Assembly: GCA_020049775.1 (NCBI GenBank)
Contig: JAGVLO010000004.1
Location: 139,385 to 203,384 of the forward strand
Reading direction: 5' to 3'
Source: Alphaproteobacteria bacterium
GTDB taxonomy: Bacteria > Pseudomonadota > Alphaproteobacteria > Rickettsiales > SXRF01
DNA: 64,000 bases
Below are positions 57,893-64,000 of the stretch, one piece after another. Below the pieces are notes generated by a model, which did no database searches, was not told where the DNA came from, and saw only the letters and a list, made by a program, of their open reading frames with translations. Position numbers and translations under genes: made by a program. The stretch's first letter is position 1. Every line of letters begins with the position of its first letter.

Positions 57893-58348
57893 TCATGGTT
57901 TGGCAGGCACAGGTGTTTCGCCTTGCCAATGGCCTGTTTTTTTCAACGCGTCAATGACTTCTCTTGGCATATAGTTTTCATCATGCTTTGCAAGAATGGT
58001 TTTAGCGTTGAAGAGGGTGCCATTTACCAGATAGCCTTCCGCCACAACGCCTTGCCCCTCGCGGAACAGGTTGGGCAATAGCCCCGTATATTGCACTTTT
58101 AGGCTGGCCTTGCCATCGGTGACTACGAAGGTGATATTGTCTTGCGCACCGTTTATAATACTGCCTGTTTCCACTAACCCGCCGATGCGCAGCCGTTGTG
58201 TACTGGAAATGGCGCGGTCTGCCAGCTCGGAGGGGCTGTAAAAAAACACAAGGTTATCGCGGAATGCGCGCATTGTCAGCAAAACTGAAACGCACAGAAA
58301 TAATGTTGTCACCATGATGAATACAAGCCTCTGGTGTTTTGGCTTCAT
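57893..58348 (-). CDS. ccmE: Heme chaperone CcmE
   Basis: LPNLFREGQG and LAKHDENYMP motifs. Confidence 0.96.
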   Translation of the reverse strand: MKPKHQRLVFIMVTTLFLCVSVLLTMRAFRDNLVFFYSPSELADRAISSTQRLRIGGLVETGSIINGAQDNITFVVTDGKASLKVQYTGLLPNLFREGQGVVAEGYLVNGTLFNAKTILAKHDENYMPREVIDALKKTGHWQGETPVPAKP

Positions 58349-58533
58349 GACAGGGATTGGGGTATATCGCTTTGCTGGGTTGCATTGAGTTCGGCCAGCA
58401 TTTTTTGTGCCTTTCGCAAGGAGCGCACGCTGGAAAATGTCATGATGGCCATAACGGTTCCGGCAATGATAAATGATGGCCAGATATAGGCTGTGTATTC
58501 GCCTATAGCTAAAACTTCTGTTAACTTTTCCAT
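58345..58533 (-). CDS. ccmD: Heme exporter protein CcmD
   Basis: GEYTAYIWPSF followed by a TM segment and charged tail; overlaps the ccmE start. Confidence 0.8.
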   Translation of the reverse strand: MEKLTEVLAIGEYTAYIWPSFIIAGTVMAIMTFSSVRSLRKAQKMLAELNATQQSDIPQSLS

Positions 58534-58706
58534 GTTATACAAACGGCATGTGGTATTTGTGCGGCGGATTAAACTGCGCATTCTATCCTGCGTCAAGTAA
58601 CAAAAAGCTGGTGTATTTCAGTGTTTTATATTATGGTTCGACATGATGTACGAAAACGGGTTGCCAGTTACTGCGCCTAGACGCGCTATTCCATAGAAAA
58701 GGTTCC

Positions 58707-59426
58707 ATGTCCAATAAGTCACCCCCTGAAGAATATCTGGAGATTGCCGAGAAAGTCCGAACCGGCGAATATTTCCGCGAAGCGCGGGGCATACATGACG
58801 TAACCGTTAACGACCCGATGTCCGAGCGGTATTTCTATATCTGCATTACATCGCTTGCCATCATGATTCTGCTGGTGGCAATGTCGGCGGCAAAGGGTCT
58901 TTATCCGTTGAACATCTCCATCCCGTTTATTTTCAACACGCATGACATCGTCAATGACCTGCCACGCATGAAAACGATGACGTCATTCAAGGGTGAGAGC
59001 GCCACCGAAGCGTTGTTGAGGTTCTTGGTTAAGAACTATGTTACCATGCGTGAAACCTATGAAATAGACACCTTTGACCGCAATATCAACGGTGTTAAGC
59101 AACAAAGCTCCAAAGACCTGTTTGCCGAATATCAGCAGTTAATAACCCCCAGTAATCCTGAAAGCCCAATAGTCGTGTACCAGCGCCACACACGCCGCGC
59201 AATTGTCATCCTCGCCACCAAACGCCTAGAGGATCAGGATTTTGGCATGGAAGTGTATTTCGACGTATTTATGGAAACACGAGGCGAAGTAAAAAAATCA
59301 CGCTGGCAAGCAGATATCGCTTTTAGTTATAGCGGCGTTGAGTTAGATGAGAATAAAGAGAAAGTGAAACCCATCAGCTTCGTTGTGACCAAATATCGTT
59401 CCAAGCGAATTCAGGACATGCAATGA
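58707..59426 (+). CDS. virB8: Type IV secretion VirB8 family protein
   Basis: Single TM, FLVKNYV..RETY, NPESP and FVVTKY motifs; coupled to virB9. Confidence 0.75.
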   Translation: MSNKSPPEEYLEIAEKVRTGEYFREARGIHDVTVNDPMSERYFYICITSLAIMILLVAMSAAKGLYPLNISIPFIFNTHDIVNDLPRMKTMTSFKGESATEALLRFLVKNYVTMRETYEIDTFDRNINGVKQQSSKDLFAEYQQLITPSNPESPIVVYQRHTRRAIVILATKRLEDQDFGMEVYFDVFMETRGEVKKSRWQADIAFSYSGVELDENKEKVKPISFVVTKYRSKRIQDMQ

Positions 59427-60220
59427 AAATAAAATTTGCACTAAAATTGTTGACTCTATCACTGGTGGCTTCTTCCTCTCTCAGCCCGGCATATGCCGTC
59501 CGTGAGCCTAAACCGGTGATGCTGGATCACCGCGTGCGCACGGTGATGTACCAAAAAGATGAAGTGTATAAATATACTGGCCATTACCGTTTCCAGACAT
59601 CCATCGAGTTCGGTCAGGAAGAGGAAATCAAGACAATATCGATGGGTGACTCCACGGCGTGGATGCTCAACCCGTCCGGCAACCGCCTGTTTCTCAAACC
59701 TATAGAGCAGGATGCCACTACAAACATGACCATTATCACGAACAGGAGAATATACCTGTTCGAGCTGCATGCCCGTGAAACCGATGACATCGATGACAAG
59801 GACATGACATTTATCATGCGTTTTCTCTATCCCGACGAGCTAGAAGAAGTTGATGCGCAGAACATTACAAATTATTTGGATTCCGTACCGATTCCTGAGC
59901 TGGACGAGAACCCCGAAAAATATAACTTCAAATACGAAATATCTGGCTCGGACGCAGTTGCCCCCATAAAAATATTTGATGATGGCCAGTTCACCTTCTT
60001 CCTGTTCAAGGACCTGAACGCGGATGTGCCGGCGTTCTACATCACTGACGACAGGGGCAACGAGGCACTTGTCAACTATCGCACGCGTGGCGACTATATT
60101 GTACTTGAGCGCGTGTCAAAGCGTCTTACGTTGCGCCATGGCACCGATATTGTCTGCGTATTTAATAATGGACCGATTCCAGTAGGCCTGCCTGCGGAAG
60201 CGCTGGAAGACAGCTTTTAA
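59423..60220 (+). CDS. virB9: Type IV secretion VirB9/TrbG family protein
   Basis: Signal peptide; D.RVR...Y, SMGDS..W, LFLKP....TTNM..ITN.R.Y and P.KIFDDG.FT motifs. Confidence 0.92.
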   Translation: MKIKFALKLLTLSLVASSSLSPAYAVREPKPVMLDHRVRTVMYQKDEVYKYTGHYRFQTSIEFGQEEEIKTISMGDSTAWMLNPSGNRLFLKPIEQDATTNMTIITNRRIYLFELHARETDDIDDKDMTFIMRFLYPDELEEVDAQNITNYLDSVPIPELDENPEKYNFKYEISGSDAVAPIKIFDDGQFTFFLFKDLNADVPAFYITDDRGNEALVNYRTRGDYIVLERVSKRLTLRHGTDIVCVFNNGPIPVGLPAEALEDSF

Positions 60221-60244
60221 TCTCATTTCGGTCAGGCGTCGCTG

Positions 60245-61252
60245 ATGACAAAAAACCACTATAAGGTCGGTGTGCTGGGTGGGGGCGCATGGGGTACGGC
60301 CCTTGCCGTGCTGGCAAACCGTGCCGGTAGCCAGGCCATGCTCGCCACGCGCAATAACAACGTGCTGCAATCCATCAACGAGCGGCGTACCAACGAAGTC
60401 TATCTGCCCTCCATTTTCATAGATCCGGCCATCATCGCCACCGACAAGCTTGCTGATGTGTGCCGCAGCGACCTCATCATCATTGCCGTGCCGTCACATG
60501 TGCTGCGTTCGGTGTGTATTCTTATTTCCGACATGCTGGCCACCAACGTACCCATACTGATTGCAAGCAAGGGCGTTGAGCGCGGAAGCTTGCTTTTGAT
60601 GAACGAGGTGGCAGCATCCATATTGCCGCATAACCCGATTGGTATCATCTCCGGCCCCAATTTTGCTGATGAAGCGGCGCAGGGTTTGCCTTGCGCCACC
60701 ACGGTTGCTTGCGCAAGAAAAGATTTATGGGACATGATAACTTACGCCATCGGCGGTAAGTTGTTCCGTACCTACATGACCACTGACGTCATCGGCACAC
60801 AGATTGGCGGCGCCACCAAGAACGTGATAGCCGTTGCCTGCGGCATTGCCATAGGCAAGAATTTTGGTGAAAACGCACGCGCGGCGTTGGTCACGCGCGG
60901 CTTTGCCGAAATTGCGCGGCTGGCACAGGCCAAGGGCGGTAAATACGAAACGCTGATGGGGCTTTCCGGCCTCGGCGATTTAATTCTCACCTGCGGAAGC
61001 ACTAAATCGCGCAACATGTCGTTTGGCGTGGCCATAGGGCAGGGCAAGGCAAAAGAAGAGACGCTGGCGCAGCGCGGGCGCACTGCAACAGAAGGTGTGG
61101 TCGCTTCCGAGTCCATTAGCAAGCTGGCAAAAAAATTCGACGTATCCATGCCTATCTGCGATGGCGTGTACCGGATTTTATATGAAAACGCGCCGGTGGA
61201 CCGCGTTATTGAAGAGCTTCTTGAGCGCCCTGTAGTGGCTGAGACAGCATAG
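60245..61252 (+). CDS. gpsA: NAD(P)H-dependent glycerol-3-phosphate dehydrogenase
   Basis: GGGAWGTALA, SGPNFA, KNVIA and GLGDLILTC..SRN motifs. Confidence 0.95.
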   Translation: MTKNHYKVGVLGGGAWGTALAVLANRAGSQAMLATRNNNVLQSINERRTNEVYLPSIFIDPAIIATDKLADVCRSDLIIIAVPSHVLRSVCILISDMLATNVPILIASKGVERGSLLLMNEVAASILPHNPIGIISGPNFADEAAQGLPCATTVACARKDLWDMITYAIGGKLFRTYMTTDVIGTQIGGATKNVIAVACGIAIGKNFGENARAALVTRGFAEIARLAQAKGGKYETLMGLSGLGDLILTCGSTKSRNMSFGVAIGQGKAKEETLAQRGRTATEGVVASESISKLAKKFDVSMPICDGVYRILYENAPVDRVIEELLERPVVAETA

Positions 61253-61396
61253 CTACATCGTAACCCATTGTATTTTAAAGCGCCTAATATCGGGTTATAC
61301 AAATTTCCGCGTGACTTTTTAACCATTTAACGTTAATCATCATTCCCTTTCATGCTATGATGAACGGCTTCAAGTACCCACGAAACATGACAGGCA

Positions 61397-62392
61397 ATGT
61401 TACTTAGCGATAACAATACGAAGAATGCAGCACCCGCTGGCCGTATCGATTATGAATCGGAAATAAAGCGCCTGCGCAAAGAAATGAACGCCGTCATACT
61501 CGCGCATTATTATGTGGACGACGACATTCAGGAAATAGCGGACTATGTGGGCGATTCGCTGGAACTGGCGCGCCGCGCCGCGCAGACCGATGCCGATGTG
61601 ATTGTGTTTTGCGGTGTGCGCTTCATGGCAGAAGGCGCGCGCATACTGAACCCGAAAAAACTGGTGCTTGTCCCTGATATGAAAGCGGGTTGTTCGCTTG
61701 AGGATTCCTGCCCGCCGGACGAATTTGCGAAATTCAAACAACAACACCCCGATCACACGGTAGTCACCTACATTAACTGCTCGGCGCGCATCAAGGCGAT
61801 GTCGGACATTATCGTCACGTCCAGCAACGCCGAGGCCATTATCGGCCAGTTGCCGCAGGACGCTAAAATTATTTTTGCGCCCGACAAATATCTCGGCGCG
61901 TATCTCAACAAAAAAACAGGCCGCAATATGCTGCTGTGGAATGGCACGTGTATGGTGCATGAAAATTTTTCCGAGCAGGAGCTGATAAAGCTAAAAACGC
62001 GCCATCCGCAGGCGCATGTCATTGCCCATCCCGAATGTCCGGAAACATTACTCCGCCATGCGGGGCATGTTGGTTCCACCTCGTCGCTGATTAATTTCAG
62101 CGAGGCGCATCCGGGCAAGGAATTCATTGTACTCACCGAGCCGGGCATATTGCATGAAATGAAAAAGCGCTCACCCGGAAGCGTGTTTTACGATGTGCCT
62201 GGTCTATCTGAGGGCGGTGCCTGCGTGTCGTGCAACAACTGCCCGCACATGAAGCTCAACTCGATTGAAAAAATCTATTACTGCATGAAAAACAAATCGC
62301 CCGTACTGGACCTGCCGCCGGAGCTGATAGAGCAGGCGAAAAAGCCGCTCGAACGCATGCTGGAAATGTCAAAAAATATCGGCCGGAAATAA
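61397..62392 (+). CDS. nadA: Quinolinate synthase
   Basis: ILAHYY, GDSL, CGVRFM, AGCSL, TYIN, AHPEC and CPHMK motifs. Confidence 0.96.
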   Translation: MLLSDNNTKNAAPAGRIDYESEIKRLRKEMNAVILAHYYVDDDIQEIADYVGDSLELARRAAQTDADVIVFCGVRFMAEGARILNPKKLVLVPDMKAGCSLEDSCPPDEFAKFKQQHPDHTVVTYINCSARIKAMSDIIVTSSNAEAIIGQLPQDAKIIFAPDKYLGAYLNKKTGRNMLLWNGTCMVHENFSEQELIKLKTRHPQAHVIAHPECPETLLRHAGHVGSTSSLINFSEAHPGKEFIVLTEPGILHEMKKRSPGSVFYDVPGLSEGGACVSCNNCPHMKLNSIEKIYYCMKNKSPVLDLPPELIEQAKKPLERMLEMSKNIGRK

Positions 62393-62395
62393 AAA

Positions 62396-63610
62396 TTACG
62401 CAGTCGCCCGCATTGCTTCAGGTTCTGCTTCCGGCTCAGCCAGCGCTTCACTTAAGCCAAGCACCTCGCGGTACACCTCAAGCGTTTTGTAGCACATTAC
62501 GTCCAGCGAGAAGCGCTGGGCGTTGGCAATCGCGTCTTCGCCGATTTTGTGTAAGCCGGCTTCATCCATCTGCAATACATTGTCGATTGCCTGCGACAGT
62601 TCGGCTACATCCCCCGGTTTTACCAGCCAGCCTGTAACGTCGGGAACGACGGTTTCCATTGGTCCGCCCTGATTGCTTGCGATCACGGGTTTGCCCAGTG
62701 CCTGCGCTTCCAACACCACGCGGCCGAACGCCTCCGGTTCAATCGAAGCTGATACGACCACGCGTGAAAGCTGGTAGGCTTCGGTCATGTATCTGGTATG
62801 GCCGATGATGCGTACATGTCCTTCGAGGTTGGATTTGCTGATGAGCTTTTCAAGCGATTTGCGGTATTTTTCGTGTCCCTTGTCATCACCGAGTATGACG
62901 GCAAAGAAGCGGCGGTGCGGCAGTGCGGCAAGCGCCTTGATGAAGGCTTCCTGCCCCTTCCAGCGGGTGATGCGTCCGGGGAAAAGAATCAGCGGTAAAT
63001 CATCCGGCAAGCGCCACTCGCGCGCGAGTTCAATCACGCGTTGGGTTTTCTGTGCGTAAGGGTTGAACAGTTTGAGGTCAACGCCGCGTTGGATAACGCG
63101 CAGGCGGCTGGCCTTGGCATTGGGATAGTTTTTCTTGATGTGTTCAGCAATGAAATGGGAAATGGCAATGACGCGTTCACCGCGTGTCATGATGCTGTTA
63201 TAGCTGCGCTTGAACATGCCGCTTAAATTATACGTGCCGTGGAAGGTGGTGACGAAGTGGCAACCGGTGCGGCGCGACGCAATCCACGAACTCCACGCCG
63301 GAGCGCGCGAACGTGCATGGATAATATCAACGTTATGTTCGCGGATGATGCGCGCCAGCTTGCCTGCGTTCGACCAGATGGTGAACAGGTCGCGCTTGTC
63401 CAGCGGCAGTGTGAAATGTTTGATATCGGCATGGGCGAGCTGTGTGGTCATCGGGCCGCCGGCAGAGGCGACAAGGGGAACAGCGCCGGACTGGAAAATA
63501 GCGCGGGCGATTTCGATAGTGCCGCGCTCAACCCCACCGCTTTGAAGGCTGGGTAACACCTGTAATATGACAGGCGGCTTGTAGTTTGCGGTTGGTGTTT
63601 GCGTTTCCAT
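62396..63610 (-). CDS. Glycosyltransferase family 4
   Basis: GGVERGT, HARSRAPAW, GRITRWKG and EAFGRV..EAQA motifs. Confidence 0.9.
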   Translation of the reverse strand: METQTPTANYKPPVILQVLPSLQSGGVERGTIEIARAIFQSGAVPLVASAGGPMTTQLAHADIKHFTLPLDKRDLFTIWSNAGKLARIIREHNVDIIHARSRAPAWSSWIASRRTGCHFVTTFHGTYNLSGMFKRSYNSIMTRGERVIAISHFIAEHIKKNYPNAKASRLRVIQRGVDLKLFNPYAQKTQRVIELAREWRLPDDLPLILFPGRITRWKGQEAFIKALAALPHRRFFAVILGDDKGHEKYRKSLEKLISKSNLEGHVRIIGHTRYMTEAYQLSRVVVSASIEPEAFGRVVLEAQALGKPVIASNQGGPMETVVPDVTGWLVKPGDVAELSQAIDNVLQMDEAGLHKIGEDAIANAQRFSLDVMCYKTLEVYREVLGLSEALAEPEAEPEAMRATA

Positions 63611-63682
63611 CAAGACTAATTTATAAAACCCTGCTAATACAGGTCTATAGATGAACCGTTAACAGGTCAATTATAATCCGCA

Positions 63683-64000
63683 ATGACAACCAAATTTCTT
63701 TCACTGGCCGATGGCCGAAAAATCGCCTACTGCCTGACCGAAGGAAAGCTTCCCGGTGTCGTGTTTTGCGGCGGTTTCAAATCCGACATGACCGGCAGCA
63801 AAGCCATGGCGCTGGAGGCCTTCTGCAAGCAGCGGGGCCAGCGTTTTGTGCGCTTTGACTACACAGGCCACGGCCAGTCTTCCGGCACATTTGCCGAAGG
63901 CACCATCGGCGCGTGGCGTCAGGATGCGCTGGATATTCTCGATAATGTAGCCACGGGTGAAAACGTGGTGGTCGGTTCCAGCATGGGCGGGTGGATCATG
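63683..64000 (+). CDS. Alpha/beta hydrolase (partial, runs off the window end)
   Basis: Manual translation gives GGFKSDMTGSKA, RFDYTGHGQS and the nucleophile elbow GSSMGG. Confidence 0.88.
   Translation, partial: MTTKFLSLADGRKIAYCLTEGKLPGVVFCGGFKSDMTGSKAMALEAFCKQRGQRFVRFDYTGHGQSSGTFAEGTIGAWRQDALDILDNVATGENVVVGSSMGGWIM

Overview
This 64-kb window is chromosomal DNA of roughly 55% GC from an alphaproteobacterium. It is probably an early-branching, non-reduced Rickettsiales-like lineage; this is an inference from a type-2 IleRS, an isolated virB8-virB9 pair, PopZ and GapR, together with intact amino-acid, folate, pyrimidine and NAD biosynthesis genes. Most of the window is housekeeping genes: pabC, folK-folP-folC-dapD, truA-fmt-def-gltX, comEC-uvrD, ilvD, popZ-tolC(frameshifted)-pcm-ileS, metC, amtB, argG, malonyl-CoA decarboxylase, hfq-hflX, tsaD, hemC, pyrB/pyrC/pyrF, gapR, class II DAHP synthase, pheA, ccmD-E-F-G-H-I, gpsA and nadA. 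I saw no rRNA, tRNA, CRISPR array, integrase or transposase. The most unusual signals are: (1) a ~650-bp integrase-free islet bounded by two diverged copies of one gene's 3' end, carrying a self-contained unit made of a perfect extended -10 promoter, a structured leader, an unannotated 53-aa hydrophobic peptide and a terminator; (2) two CGTC-type palindromic repeats translated in frame inside IleRS, near low-GC patches of the same gene; (3) tandem Fur boxes ahead of a His-rich orphan two-gene operon; (4) a foreign-looking Bax-inhibitor/YccA gene with a four-hairpin leader that hides its ribosome-binding site; (5) two tandem pairs of GT-C-like membrane proteins coupled to housekeeping operons; and (6) candidate T4SS substrates. 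All assignments come from reading motifs by eye, and no database searches were run.
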